From the NCBI GenBank assembly GCA_051453625.1, contig JBOZIK010000001.1, forward strand, positions 35,519,860-35,583,859: a stretch of DNA of 64,000 bases, written 5' to 3'. Below are positions 36,601-51,699 of the stretch, piece after piece. The notes beneath the pieces were generated by a model, which was not told the origin of the DNA, did no database searches, and saw only the letters and a list, made by a program, of their open reading frames with translations. Made by a program: the position numbers and the translations under genes. The DNA comes from Welwitschia mirabilis. Taxonomy: Eukaryota. Position 1 is the stretch's first letter, and each line of letters opens with the position of its first letter.

Positions 36601-38150
36601 TTGGAAAAAGCTCAAAAAAGTTAGTATAGTGATTTCTCTCTTGGCTATTTATAATGAAAGGCTTCTAGGGTAAGTATAGTTAAAAGCATGCTTCTAATGA
36701 CCACATGATGGAAATATAACAGATATAAAATTTCATTTCTGTTTTGGCCAGTCAACCCCTCAATCATTTGGTCAATCTTTCAATTGTCCAATCAACCCCT
36801 CTTAGTGCTATGACTTAAATAGATTACCCGAGTAAACTGTTCAGTTGTCCTAGTTTCTCATGACTNNNNNNNNNNNNNNNNNNNNNNNNNNNNNNNNNNN
36901 NNNNNNNNNNNNNNNNNNNNNNNNNNNNNNNNNNNNNNNNNNNNNNNNNNNNNNNNNNNNNNNNNGATCTAATATTCTATGCAAAGATTCAATAGATGTC
37001 AGTCCATCTGTGGTCAAGAATGCAATGAAAAGCTAGTACAATGATTAATAACTAGTTTCAAATGTTTGGCAAAAGCTCAAAAAAGTTATTCTAGTGATTT
37101 CTCTCTTGGCTATTTATAATGAAAGGCTTCTAGGATAAGTATAGTTAAAAGCATGCTTCTAATGACTAAATAATGGAAATATAATAGATATAAAATTTCA
37201 TTTCTATTCTGGCTAATTGACCCCTCAATCATTTGGTCGATCTCTCAATTGTCTAATCAACCCCTCTTGGTGCTATGACTTAAATAGGTTACCCAAGTAA
37301 ACTATCCGGTCATCCTAGTTTCTTATGGCTCCATGTCCAGTTGATCCCCAGGGTCTAGTCGACTATTTATCTGATCGCTTACATATCTATCTGGTCATTT
37401 ACTTATCCTAATAAAAATCCATTCTAGTTTTCTACATTAAATCCAATCAACTCCTTAAGTTTCTTATTCATCCTTTAATGATCAGCTCATGGATATCACA
37501 TGCATAATACTTAGNNNNNNNNNNNNNNNNNNNNNNNNNNNNNNNNNNNNNNNNNNNNNNNNNNNNNNNNNNNNNNNNNNNNNNNNNNNNNNNNNNNNNN
37601 NNNNNNNNNNNNNNGAGTAAACTGTTCAGTTGTCCTAGTTTCTCATGACTCCATTTTCCGTTGACACCTATGATCTAGTTGACTATTTATCCAGTCGCTT
37701 ACATATTTGTCTGGTCACTTACTTGTCCTGATAAAAATCCATTCTAGTTTTCTATAGTAAGTCTAATCAACCCCTCAAGTTTCTTGTCAATCCCTTAATG
37801 ATCAGCTCATGGATATCATGTGCACAATACTTAGGTTAAATCGATTCCTCATAGGTCTAATTGATCCCTTGATAATCTATTCAAGAGTACTAGTACTCAG
37901 GTTCATAGATCTAGTCGATCGCTCTAAATTCAGTCTAATTATGAGAGTTTACTTTAGGTGCAATTAACTCATTAAAAGTCTGGTTGACCTGTCAAGAGGG
38001 TAATTGAACTTGATAGGTTTTAGTGACTAAAATGTAAAATTCCTTACTTTAGATTTTGATCTACAAGTGATCAATATGTTTTGCACAAGATACATAAATT
38101 TTTCTTCATAAATAACATTAGTTTAACATCAATTGACAATACACAATCTA
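33601..38150 (-). mobile_element. SIRE-like copia, version 2 (5' half plus 5' LTR in gapped, partly duplicated pieces)
   Basis: 33601-36380 parallels ~30718-33500 and has the same mutated PBS (minus TGGTATTATAGC, 36010-36021). LTR starts tgtgagg at 36024. 36480-38150 matches 26905-28650. Confidence 0.85.
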
Positions 38151-38154
38151 ATAT

Positions 38155-39401
38155 AAAAAACTAGCCCAAATGTGTATCATGAAGGTCTTAAGAATTTATC
38201 TAAAAAATAGTGATGTATGTTTCAATTAGAGTTTTAAATTTAGATATAAATTCCTTTCTTCTCTAAGCTATGTAATATGTTTGAAAACTATTCTATGGAT
38301 AATATTTTTATTAAATTTAAAAAAAAATCACTTTTTAATGTTATACAAGAAATAAAATAATAGAATGAGTTGAAGATCTAACAAGCAAAACTAGATTAAT
38401 TACATAAAGAGGTCTCAATCTCAATTTTAAACAATAAAAGAAGTTCTAGATCAGAAATAAATTAAAAAACCTAGAATAGTAAAAAAAAAGTTTTACATAA
38501 AAAGTAGCCAAAAATAAGTAATAGAAATAGAAAAAATAGTTCAAAAAATAACCTTGAAAAAATTAGAAAAAAAGGAATTACAAAACACTAGATATAAATA
38601 AAAAATGTGTTCCTAACTATACATAATATTGAAAAAAAAATCTAAAAATAATGAAAATTACAAAAAGGAAAAGAGGGATGGATGTTTTTATCTCTATTTT
38701 AACTTCTCCAATTTTTATTCACTTTTTTATTTTTTGTTTTAATTACTTTAACTCTATTTAAGAAAAAACCAAAAACAACTTATTAGTCTTGTATACTAAA
38801 GACTAATATAGTAATGATATTCCTCATTAGAGATAAAATGATTAATAAAATAAAAAAAATAAAAGAAAATAAAGATAAGGACTAGTTAGAACATCACTGA
38901 AAGAGAACTCATATCACACATTCAAGAGTATAGAAAATGAAAAGTACTAAAATATAAATGCAAGAAAATAAAACATGTGCATGCTCTACTATATCTACCT
39001 TATTGTTATCCCTAGAAATCATGTCAAAAATATATTTGTAGTGAAATTTGGCTATGCTTGTATCTATTATTAATATCTGATAATGTGCATTATTACTCTA
39101 GGAATACAAATCTTACATTATTAAATCCAATTTTTACCAAATAAAATTAGGACTTTTGTTGTAGCATGTTCCTAGTGTCATTTTTTTCTTGGAATAAATG
39201 CAATATAATATTAATAAAGTTATGCAATACTTTTTTAGCAAAATATTTAAACAATATTTTAAGTTAAGAATGAGAATGAAAGAGAAGTTCAATAAATAAG
39301 ATCCTGGAAATGGAGCATAGCAGCTAAGTTCTAACATGAATATTTCATTAAGATAAGAGAACTCTATTCAATGATATATTATAAAGTTTCATAATAAAAA
39401 T
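38155..39401 (-). mobile_element. 5' leader, degenerate PBS and LTR edge of an older Athila-like element
   Basis: Minus TGACATGATTTCTAGGGA (39009-39026) resembles the tRNA-Asp PBS, mostly by transitions, and is followed by tgtagtg at 39037. 38160-38480 is homologous to 20700-21020 and 50870-51190. Confidence 0.45.
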
Positions 39402-40949
39402 NNNNNNNNNNNNNNNNNNNNNNNNNNNNNNNNNNNNNNNNNNNNNNNNNNNNNNNNNNNNNNNNNNNNNNNNNNNNNNNNNNNNNNNNNNNNNNNNNNN
39501 NNNNNNNNNNNNNNNNNNNNNNNNNNNNNNNNNNNNNNNNNNNNNNNNNNNNNNNNNNNNNNNNNNNNNNNNNNNNNNNNNNNNNNNNNNNNNNNNNNNN
39601 NNNNNNNNNNNNNNNNNNNNNNNNNNNNNNNNNNNNNNNNNNNNNNNNNNNNNNNNNNNNNNNNNNNNNNNNNNNNNNNNNNNNNNNNNNNNNNNNNNNN
39701 NNNNNNNNNNNNNNNNNNNNNNNNNNNNNNNNNNNNNNNNNNNNNNNNNNNNNNNNNNNNNNNNNNNNNNNNNNNNNNNNNNNNNNNNNNNNNNNNNNNN
39801 NNNNNNNNNNNNNNNNNNNNNNNNNNNNNNNNNNNNNNNNNNNNNNNNNNNNNNNNNNNNNNNNNNNNNNNNNNNNNTGAGTGTTGGTGAGATCTTCTAG
39901 TTACTCTAGTTTGTCATAGTCTATCCATAAGCATGAAAAGTAGGAAACATATCTAAAGAGTTATTAAATGAAATTATACTATGAGACTAGAATATGAATA
40001 AGAAGTATAAAATAAATCACAACTTGAAATCAAGAAATAAAACTATAAACTTTAATATGAAAAAAATGGTATAATGAATTACATCAAAGAAGGAAAAATA
40101 ATGCATCCCTTGATGTATTAGAAACAAATAATATTCTTAAGGATTACTAAATTTATCTTTAAATAGGATACTATTTTAATGTGATGCTAATCTTTATCTT
40201 TATTTCCTTGGTTGTTATTTTCATATGTTTACTCCATTTGATTATAAAAGTTGCATTTGGTTACAAAAATAATTTTTAAATGATTATTAAAATACGTTAA
40301 TAAAAAAGAAAAATATAGTGATTAAGAGATAACTAGGATTTAATTTCTTCTTTAACCAAACTCCTATTCTATATATACTTCTCAAGCCATAAAGCATATT
40401 AGAAATGGTGTGTTTCATGGCTATTTGTATTCTTTGAAGCTTTTGTCTTCTAATAAGATTTCTATGATACCTTATTCAGGATGTAGATTAGAAAGGGCCA
40501 AATTTCATTAAATATTATATGAAATTTTAGTTTTATTTCTATTCATGTTTGTTTTTATTTTACATGTTTTTTTATTTTACCTTATATTACATTTGAGTTG
40601 ATAATATATTACACATTTTAATTAGCATTTTGGGACTTAAAAATGTGAACATCCTAAACTAAACCTTTTGTTATTATAAGGAAAAAAATATAAGTGAGGC
40701 ATTGTAGTATTGTACATGATATAGTAAGAAAGTAATTTTAGTAAACATTTTATATAATAATGAATAATGAATAGAGAGAGTGATGCATGAATTAATATAA
40801 GAATACATGTATGACATGAACAAAGATAATTATAGATAATATTACCTTGTTATCTTTCAATCTTAACAAGTATATATAGTACTTTTAGTTATCATAATAA
40901 TCTACAACACATCCCATATAACATTAACATTAAAAAATCCTTCTTAGTT

Positions 40950-42250
40950 ATATGGATTTCATAAAATTATTCTTATGAATTCAATGATATAATATAAAGT
41001 CATTTAATAAAATTATGAAAGTTTGTGTAAGAAAGTGATTTAGTGAACCTACATGTTACGTTATCTATTATTCTTATGTACTTAATATTCATGGTTTACA
41101 TGTAAATTCTCATGTATATGTTTCTTTTTTATTATGAGTAGGAATCTAGATTACATAAATTACTACTTAATTCTCATTTATATCATAACATAAAGTTTTA
41201 ACTTTACTTCTTATATCTTTTCATAAGTTCTTTAGCTATATAACTATTATGATTATATTATTTATTTATTTTATTATAATTTCATTAGAATTAAAATACA
41301 AAAACTTGTCTTTAAATTCTCTAAAATATTGATATCTTTCTAAGGAACATTACATTTTTAATGAAGTACTTAATTACAGAGGTCATTAAAATATTTGAGT
41401 TGAATGAATCATACTATCTCATCTTTTTAAATTTTATCTTTAATTTCTCTAAAAAATTGATATATCTCTAAGGAACACTACATTTTCAATGAGGTACTTA
41501 ATTATAGATGTTACTAAAATATTTGGGTTAAATGGCTTATACTATCTCATTCATCATTTAGTTTAGCTTCATTCCTAGATAGTAGTATTGGGCTAATGCT
41601 TAATAGTTTTTAATGTATTGCTAAATTTCTTTATAGACATATTAATACATAACATGCTACTAGCTAATAGCATATTCTTAGAATTAAAAGTAATTAAATG
41701 AATTTTTGTAATAGTAATAAATTTTTTGAAATTATTAGTTTATGAGAAAATTCTGCATTTATATGTAACTAATTTTTTGGGGCATTATGTCAAACCATAT
41801 AATTTCATCAATTTACAGGTGAATGAACTAGTTTCCTTAAAATTGGCTATCTAATGTGTTAGATAAATGCTTGAGATATCCTTTAAAGTCTAGAAATACT
41901 ACTAAATGTTATGTTATAACCTTTGTGATGGTTCAATCCATATGTATCTATCCAACCCAATATATAAAAATGCTTCTTTAAGATTATTCTGGAGTAATTT
42001 TTATTCTATTTATATTATAATATGAATAATCAGGTATAATGTATTCATACATGTAATAGAAGAGAGTCTTAAATAAAATGATACCATATTCTTGGGAATA
42101 ATATTTAGCTATATTATAAGCATTACTTTTAACAATAGATAATCATTCCTTTATTTTATTAAAAAGTTTCATTTTGATCCTAAACCATTAACATTTGAGG
42201 TTGGCATTTCACTAAGTCCTATAAATTCCTTTTGAGATACTATGATAATT
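40950..42250 (-). pseudogene. Very old Ty1/copia RT-RNase H remnant
   Basis: Minus-strand traces: DLVKC...NV.G, YSQEYGI, EAFLY, CKLMKLYGLT*CP (cf. CKLKKSLYGLKQAP), KHI and FTKSL near 41.0-41.15 kb. Confidence 0.6.
41312..41555. repeat. Two-copy tandem duplication, unit ~128 bp
   Basis: aattctctaaaa..ttgatat...tctaaggaaca.tacattt..aatga.gtacttaatta...catactatctcat occurs at ~41316 and ~41442. Confidence 0.85.
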
Positions 42251-42364
42251 TTTATTAAAAAAAGTTATTAAATACCTCTATATCCATCTTCTTATCTATC
42301 TCTCAATCTTTTTTAGTATAGGAGTTATGACATTAAGTTTAGTAATATTATAATTAGTATTCAT

Positions 42365-42573
42365 AAAAACCAAGAATCATTAAACTCAGAGGGGATGGGT
42401 GAATGAGGTCTACCAAAAATAATTTAGCTAAAAACAAATTAAAAATTGCACACTAAATACCTTACTAAATTAACATGATTCCCAAACCTGAGTATGTCCA
42501 CACATAAAAGGTAACTTATTCTTACACTCTGAATATTTTTAACCTATAAAAAATAGTGGTTTTAGAGCATCAC
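42365..42573 (-). mobile_element. Possible SIRE-type LTR end fragment, interrupted by the Athila LTR
   Basis: agaggggatgggtgaatgag at ~42388 resembles the SIRE LTR signature seen at 33158 and 36043. Confidence 0.35.
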
Positions 42574-43755
42574 TGTCGTGGTGGTTAATTTTGCAATCCT
42601 TTACATCTTACTAAATCCTATCAATCACAAGTAGATATATTGCAAATACCACATACTAGTATAGATGGGAGTGCCCAATTATAGTAAACCCATTGAAGGA
42701 ACGTAAAAGAAGAAGGAGAATTAATTTCCAAAGAAATATTATATTATTCTAGAATTTAAAAAATAATGCAAGAAGCAATGTAATGAAATATACTTATGCA
42801 AATGCAAATGCATTCTATTCTAGATGAATACCTATCTGATTACAAAATCAACTTGTCAAAAAGATCGACCTTGTATAGCCTAAATTAGTTAGGGAAATTG
42901 TCACTCACTAAGACTAACTTAAGATATTAAGTAATTTGAATAGAATGTAATTCAAGTTAATATAAAAATGCATCTAAACTAATATCATAAATCATAGCAA
43001 ATGTTGTCCTTAAGACCTATATCATAAGTGAATTGTTATTAAATCAAAAATAACATAAACCATCAGGAATATGTAAAGTATTAAACAAATGAAAGAGAAA
43101 TAGAGTATGTATTAAGCAAACTAGAATCTAGATTATAAAGAAACCATACCTTAATTGAGGATGCATACTTCAATACTAAGGAAGATGTCTCTTTGTAATG
43201 ATCAAGGATGGATCTCCCACCATTTGATCTCTTGTTACAAGAATTTCTTATGCATCAAAGATAGATAGAAGCATCAAGGGAGAGGTTTATTTATACTTAG
43301 AAAAAAAAACTAACACACACTCAAGGTGTAATAGATGCATAACAAATGCACTTAATCATGAGAAAGAAATGTAGTGCTATCCTGACTATCGTCCAGATGA
43401 TAAAAGGGACGATGCCAACTATAGAGGCTTCATAGTTGCTTGACTTATTCAATGATCATCCATATTAGTAAGTTTATATCTATCATCCTTACTATCATTT
43501 AAATGATAAAGTGGATGATATGCTTTAACAAAGGTTTTATTAAATTTTACCAGCTTATTTGTTTACAACATATTTGCTTGAAACATGAAGTATTGTGACT
43601 TGCTTCAAATGTTGTAAAATGTAATGAACTTTGTATGATTTCATGACTTTTGCTTTAGCTCTTCATAATCATAGAAACTCAGCATAAACCTCTTTAATGT
43701 CATATAAAATAACTCATAATACCCCCTTAAATACATCCAATTTGGCAGCACATCA
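42574..43755 (-). repeat. 3' LTR (~1.18 kb) of Athila-like element copy B
   Basis: TG (42574)...CA (43755) termini, PPT-like tract (minus ctaactgaggggcta) immediately inside, distant similarity to the 8801-10145 LTR. Confidence 0.75.
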
Positions 43756-46700
43756 TAGCCCCTCAGTTAGCCTTATCAGTACTTGACAAACGAAGTTGAA
43801 CAACTATGATTGTGAGCCACATTATATTAAATAAAAATCAATTTAGAAATTATAAAACGGGCTCAAAAATAATTTTTAAAATGTCACAGAGTAGGATAAG
43901 ACATGAAAATTAGATGACTAAAATTTTTACTTATGTAGAGTCACTAAGACAAGCTATTATCTGCCTAATTGTCTAGATGATAAAAGGGATGATAACCAAT
44001 TAAAAAGATTGAAAAAATAGAAGCCTACAAAATGTTTTTTAAATAGATACATATTAGCTCTTATTTAACAATTAATAACCCCCACTTATATTTGAGTATA
44101 TCATGAAAATAACAACATATGACATGTAATATTATCATAATAAAAAATGCCTTAAGTTATAAAACATACATAATAATTATAAACATAATTAAAAATGCTC
44201 AAAAATCATGTCTATAAAATCATTACTTTTTTAAGTATAATTCATGGAGGGAAGATACAAGGAATAATAAAAATATATATCACTCCCCTCATTGTGCTGT
44301 GATTAACTCCTGATGGATAGTAGGAACAAGTGAAGGTAGAGAAAATAAAGGATGCTCAAGATCTTAGGAAAATACTAGTCAAAAGTTGTTGTAATGCAAT
44401 GAATGATCTCATATCCCTATACTTTAATAAACTTTAAAGGGTCAACTGTCACACCATTCTCTATCTGTAGGATGTGGTGATATACATCAATGAGCTACTT
44501 CTTAGTTTGCTAAACTCTTCTCTCAATGATAGATATCCTATTTTAAAGCTCAATGAAGCATTATTTTATGATCTCTCTAAGATCCTAGAATATATTAACT
44601 AGGAATGTCTAAATTTGATCAATAGTAGTCCTAACTATAACTCTTTACAGCTAAGGTCTCTTTGCCTCTTTTGGAATGTGAATCCTGATGTCTTGTAGGT
44701 AGTAAGATGAAGTCTCTAAATCTATTAATCTCTACTATTATATAGGATCAGGTATAATAAAGTATTTGAATATTATTGAGAGAAGGCATGGATATTTTAG
44801 AGCCTGTAAATATTTATCCTTAATCATGAATCTGAGTCTCTTCTAAATAAAAGTTGAAAGGTCTAGCTGCTTCCTCTACCTGAATACTAATAAAATCTAA
44901 AGATATGCTATTATAGCATGACTGCTGTGGAAATGATAAGCTAATGTTATGAATTAACCCTCTATGAATGATGCAATAGGCAGATGTCAAATGTATAACT
45001 AAAACTCCCCTTGTATTACATATCTAATACTACACCATAAGTGTAATGGTCTTTTGTACCATTAGCTAAGTGAATATGTATACTCTTGATGTCATCTAAA
45101 CTAGTGATAGAAGTAATGTAACTCAATAGGATCAATACCTCATGGCCATCTATAGAAGCTATAATCATTTTAACTAAATGATCATGGGCATCTAATCACC
45201 TCTCAATGTGTATAGTATCATAGAAATCTCTGGTCTCTAAGGTAAAGTATGATCCATGGGCATCAATGGTTCATTTTAACTATAGATATATCAATCTATG
45301 ATTACCTATGGATCTATCCAACTCATATAGTCACAAAGTATCTCTCAATATGAATAGAAGCCATCTAGATCAACTAAGAATGTGCTTGTTGAGGTGGAGA
45401 ACATATAGGCATAGTGTGTTATATCATGAGTGGAACCAGAGGGCCTACATCCTACTCTATTGGCTTAACTTCTACCTCAACATACCTAGCTCTACATGTG
45501 TTTAACCTAATTAAACAAGAAAGTATAGTGTATCATGCATATTGAGTGGAAATTACAAAAATTATGTCTCATGGAAACTCTAAAATGACCTGATAAATTG
45601 ATTTTTATGGAGTAAAAATTATGAAAATAAGTTCTACTCTCCTCTAAAAAAAATACTATATCTTGTATTAGCTAATAAAGTAAATAAATCATACAAAAAC
45701 CATGAAAAATGGAAAACTACTAAAGTGGATCTCACATAAGGTCAAAAAATGAAAGTTCTCAAATGAAAAACCCAATTAAGTAAAAGCATAAACCTTATTA
45801 CAATATTCAATTTTTCTAAAATGATCATGTAAATCCAACTTATGGTCTATGAGAAAATAAATTTTAAAGATAAAAACCTAATTCTACCTCATAAAATGCA
45901 CAATTTCAAAGTTTGTGAAAAATACATAGTGAAAACTAAATTCATAAGTTCAAAATTGTAGAACATGAAAAATAAATAACATAGGTACAAAATATGCTTT
46001 TAAAGGATAAGAAATAATAGAAAAAGTTAAAAATAAGTGAGAGAATAAGAAAATACCTCATGTCAAAAATTCACCCAAATCATGTAATCTAGAGTACTAA
46101 ATTAGTGAGAGGGGGTTCCAAATTAGTGGTAGGTCCTAGCGTGATACATGTCTCATGAAGCAATGAAGTGAGAAGGATTAGAAATGGTAAAAAATGGTGG
46201 AAAATAAAGGCAATTCACAATTTTAACACATTGTCATCCACTCAAGTCATTCAAAAGATAGCCATGTAACTATCAGAAAAATATAGACTGCCATCCTCCC
46301 TATCATCTAGACAATTAGGCAGACAATGAATATTTTTTAAAATTTTGTAAAAATTAAATTTTGATAGTTGACAAATTATGTTTAGAGCTTCCTCTAGCAA
46401 TGTCAGATTTGAAAAGCAAAGATTTGGGGAATATTCTAACAAATATGGAATGTGAATGATTGAAATATTAAGCAATAAAAATGTAATAAGTGGAATGAAG
46501 CATGTTCATAGGTATCCAAAACACATTTCTTGATAAAATAATTATGAACTATGTGTATAACTCTAAAAGACTAAAAATAAACATTATAAAAATTACAAGG
46601 AAACTCATCTAATCAAGAAATCAGTTTTTTATTAAAAACTAAGTAAGAAAACTACTAAATGTTAAGGTCCTAAAATGATAAGAAAATATAGAAAAAAATT

Positions 46701-47110
46701 TGAAATAACTAACTAAATAATGAAAGGAAAATAAAACAAAAAATGGACAGAAGGAACATAAAGAAGATAGCCTACCTACCTTAAATTCTAACTTAGCAAA
46801 CTTCTATGGAAGAAATCATAACATCACATTATTTAAAATACATGATCAAATGTATGACCCTATAAAATTTCATTCAATAAATCAATGTTTATGATGATGC
46901 TAAAAATCAAATGCTCTAAACAATGAGTGATAAGATCAAAGAATTACTTAAAAATAAACTTACCTGCTAACATCTCAAAACATACATTTAAATCCTCAAA
47001 AGTGAAATGATCATGTGAAAAGTTTAAAAGTCTAAGAAATAAGTAATCCTTCTAATAATACCAAGAATAACACTAATTATATAGCCTTAAAGTTTTTATT
47101 ATTTTATTTT

Positions 47111-47268
47111 CCATGATGAGGGGAGTGCAATATAGTCAGAGAAGTAAGGGCCTATGAAGCATGGCTAACTGACCTCCTAATGGAATTGTCATAACTATTA
47201 TATCACACTGCTAAAGGCCCCTCTTAGGAAATTTGCCTTGATGTACTTACAGTAGGACATCACGGTGA
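47111..47268 (-). other. Conserved post-integrase motif, copy 5
   Basis: Counterpart of copy 3 in block B. Confidence 0.7.
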
Positions 47269-50200
47269 TTAGACTAGTTTAGATATAAAAAATCATGGTT
47301 TTATTTTTCTTTAATTTATTTTTTTTTTAAAAAATAAATTCGTCATGGTCATATGCCCTAAAATATAAAGGTGAAGTGGTGAAATAAAAGATAAAAAAGA
47401 ACATACCTAAATAACCANNNNNNNNNNTTCCTTTAAGGAAAATATAATAAATAAAGCATCTTCCTTTAAAATGAATTTTACAAATATGTAAATGTCATAA
47501 TATTGGGTGAATCCAATCTTACCACTGTAAAATGCCTAAGTATAAAGACTAGTCATGGAGATAAAAGAAATACATAAGTCATGTTTAAAAAATAATTCAA
47601 TGACATTATAACATCCTCAAAAGGAATAATCTAAGAGAGAATTTAGAAAATAATAGGGAGGAAGTCCTTCTCATTAAGGAGAACCTCAACATAAGTGCTT
47701 CTATCATGTTCAAGATTACATCAGAAGGTTGCTCGTATATTTTCAACATTTGTTCATTAACTTTCAGAATTTCTTTAGTGGTTAAGTCAGAAATCTTAAC
47801 AGAGCCATTAGAATGTACTTTCTTGACAAGGTAAGGGCTTAACCATTTTAAGCTCAACTTATTAGGTAGAAGATGTACTCTAGGATTATATAAAAAAACT
47901 AGTTGACCAGGTTCAAACTTCTTATGGGTTAACTTTTTATCATGTTTGAACTTATTTTGGGCTTTATGAATAAGCCGATAATGTATAGCTCAAGTTTGTT
48001 TTTCATCTAAATGATATAATTGAGATAAATAATTTTTAAGATTTTTTCTAAATTTACAAGATTAAGTTGATAGATAGAATGATAGGAATTATAACAAACA
48101 TTAATAGGTAAAACACAAACTTTATTATATACAAGTTCATAAGGTAAGAAACTAAGAGAATTATGTCAAGTAGTATGGTAAGCTCCAAGAACATCATTAA
48201 GTTTAAAATCCCAAGATTTCTCATTGGTAGAGACAAGTTTTTGAAGCATTTTTTTTTAAATTTCTCTATTGGCATTTTCAGCTTGTCCATTAGTTTGTGA
48301 ATCATAAGCACAATCTACTCTATGTTCTATTCTAATGGATAAAATAAGTTTTCTAAAAAGATGATTGATAAGATAAGTTCCCTAATCACTAATGATTATT
48401 TGAAAAAAGCCAAAACATTGAAAAATTTGAGTTCTAACAAAGTTACAAACAGTTTGGACATCATTTAAAGAAGTAGGAATTACTTAAACCTATTTAGTCA
48501 CATAATTAATAGCCACTAAGATGTAGTTTTTATCCTTAGAAAGTGGTTTAGTTGGATCTGTAAAATTGATTCTCCAATCATTGAAAGATTCACATTTAAT
48601 AATAGGTTTGAGAGGAATGTCTTGAGAATGTATAAGGCTACCATAACATTGACATGCATCACATCTTCTAGCATAATTAAAAGAGTCTTAAAAAAGGTTA
48701 GGTCAATAAAATCCAGAGTAAAGAACTTTCATTGCTATTTTCTAATCACTAAAATGTTCATTACAAATCCTACCATGATAAACATAAATGATATTTACTT
48801 TTTCCCATTCTAGCACATATTTTCTCATGATTTGGTTTTTCATCTATAATAAATATGTGGTTCTATCTATTCATAATCACTTATTCTATGGAAAAAATAT
48901 TTTCTCTGATTATAACTCCAATTATGTAGTGTTTTTAAAGTAATAAGATAATTGATAATATCAGAATACTAAGAAGTGAAATGATTTTAAGATATGATAA
49001 AAAGTTATTCATCTAGAAAAGAATCATTGATAGAAAGATCATCAGAAGAAGAAAGGCATAATAAATAATCTACTACATTGTTATATTTTCCTATCTTATT
49101 TGTGATGGAAAGATGAAATTCTTACATTAAGAGAATTTATCTAATCAATCTAGAATCAAAAACTTTCTTAGTTATTAAGTTTCTAATAGCTACATGATCT
49201 ATGTAAATGTTTGTATGGAAGCATAAAAGATAATGTCTAATATTATTGAGGTAAAAGATTATGGCTAACATTTCTCTCTCACTAGTTATATAATTTATTT
49301 AAGATTTGAATATTTCTTTATTATGATAAGATATAACTTTAAAATTATTTTCATATTTTTGTCCAAGCACCTCATCCACAACAATATTACTAGCATCACA
49401 CATTATCTTAAAATCCTTATTCCAGTTGGATTAAATTACAATAGGTGCGAAAGAGATTTTATGCTTAAATATATTGAAAGCAAGCTGATAAGATTTATTT
49501 CATTAAAATTTTTCTTTTTTCTCTAGTAACAAGTAAAGGATTTTACAAATTTTAGCATTATCTTATATGAAGTGATGATAAAAATCATAATGTCCAAAAA
49601 AAGATTGAATTTATTTAACATTGGTTGGAGGAGTTAAGTTTTTAATGATGCTTACTTTTTTAGGGTCCATGCTAATTCCTTTATTAGAAATGTAATGATT
49701 TAGGACTATTCCATTATCAACAAAAAAAATATCTTTTTATGATTTAAATAAACCATACTCTATGCATCTATCAAGGACTTTCTCTAATCTTTCTAAGATT
49801 TGGTTAAAGATTTTTCCAAAGATTGAGAATTAATCTATAAATATTTCTATCGAATGCTCTAACATGTTAAAAAAAATACCCATAATAGCATGTTAAAAAG
49901 TTTCAAGAGTGTTTTAAAGTCCAAAAGGAATTTGTCTAAAAGTAAATGTTCTAAAAGGTGAAGTAAAATTTGTTTTAGCCTAGTATTCACTAGCTACACA
50001 AACTTGATTATAACCACTATATCCATCAAGAAAGTAATAAAAAGCATGATCTTGAATTCTATCAAGTATTTGGTCAAGAAGGTTATAGGTCAATGATCTT
50101 CTTTCATGACTTTATTAAGTTTTCTAAAATCTATGAACATTCTTCATTTTCCATCTTTCTTTACTACCACAATTAAAGGATTAACCCATTCACTATCTGA

Positions 50201-51699
50201 TATAGCATAAATGATCTTGGCATCCATTAAATTAATGATTTCCTTCTTTACTACTTATTTAAGTGCTAGATTTAATCTCCTTTATAGTTGTATAATAGGT
50301 TTTGAGTTTTTCTTAAGATAAATTTTATGCTAAGTAATAGATAGAGGAATGTCTAATAAATCTTTATGATACAAAGTAGATACATTAACTTTAGAATTCA
50401 AAAGAGAGATTAAGATCAATTCTTATTTAGGAGAGAAGTTTTTATTGATTATTAAAGGTTTGTTTTGATCATTATATAAAAAAATATATTTCAATCTACT
50501 TAGATTCAGATTCAAATTAAGATTTTTAGTTTTTCTAAAAGATTCATCAAGATTGACCATTGTCTAAGATTGTCATCTAGATATTGTTGGGACTACTTTT
50601 CTCACAAATTTATATTTATGGTTTTGATTAATCTAGTTTTGCTTTGATTTTTGGATTTGGTTTAATACAATGAATATTATTATGTTACGCTCAAAATGTG
50701 AAAGGAGTTTAAAAACTCAAAATTTCATGATAAAATAATTTATTAAAAGTATGTTATAATCAAAACATATTGAGTATAGTTTGTATTGTAAATGGATTTA
50801 CAAATAAAGTAAAAAGATGAATAAAATTTACTAGATGCTCATATGGGTAAATACATGTATTTAAATAGCTAGCCCAAATGTGATATCATAAATGTATTAA
50901 GAATTTATCCAAACAATAGTGATGTAAATTTTGATCAGAGTTCAAAATTTAGATATAAATTTCTTTCATATCTAAGCTCTATGATGTTATTTAAAATCTA
51001 TTCTGTGGATAACATTTCTATTAAATTTAAAAAAAATTACTTTTCAATGTTATACAGGAAATAAAATAATAGAGGGAGTTGAAGATCTAACAATCAAAAC
51101 TAGATTAATTACATAGAAAGACCTTAATCTCACTTTTAAATAACAAAATAAGTTCTAGGTTGGAAATAAATTGAAAAATCTAGAATGAGTATCAAATATT
51201 GAGCTAAGAATTTTCTTATCATTATATTAGTTTTTTAATCTTCACTGATCTACTTGCATGCCTGTGATGCTGCTGTCCCTATGGCCTTGCCATTTACATG
51301 TGTTTTGTTGCTATTTTTCATCTATTTCTTTAATCTTCTACCTTGCTCTAATGCACATTGTTTCGTCTCCTGTCTTAGCTCTACATTTTCCCTCTGTGAT
51401 ATTTCTTCATCTCTATGTTTTTTGGTTGTGCGTTTACCCCTCTGATTTGTGTTTTTTCCCCCTCAATTCTTGATTGTTCCACCCCCTGATGTATTTCCAT
51501 TTTTTATTATTGTTCTTCCCTCAAGTAATGGCTGGGATGTAAGGATTGATTTCTTATTATGGTAATTTTATTGCTAAAATTAAAGATTATTAGTCTTTTT
51601 ATGTAGCTAATCTGAAAAACTTGACAAATTGATGTTGTGTCTATCGACATTTCCTCTTAAACGGGACTCCAAATGCTTTAACTTATTATCCTTTTCTTT

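Larger units (their letters stand above)
42574..51190 (-). mobile_element. Athila-like Ty3/gypsy element, copy B (pol ~47620-50340, motif, extra ORF ~44330-45497, PPT, 3' LTR)
   Basis: Collinear with 10146-21020. Integrase tail LKWLSPYLVKKVHSNGSV...LKVNEQMLKIY (47606-47857). No 5' LTR seen. Confidence 0.85.

Noticed and set aside
39878-40900. AT-rich stretch after the large gap, considered as a DNA-transposon remnant
   Set aside because: No recognisable motif, TIR or homology within the window, so left unannotated.
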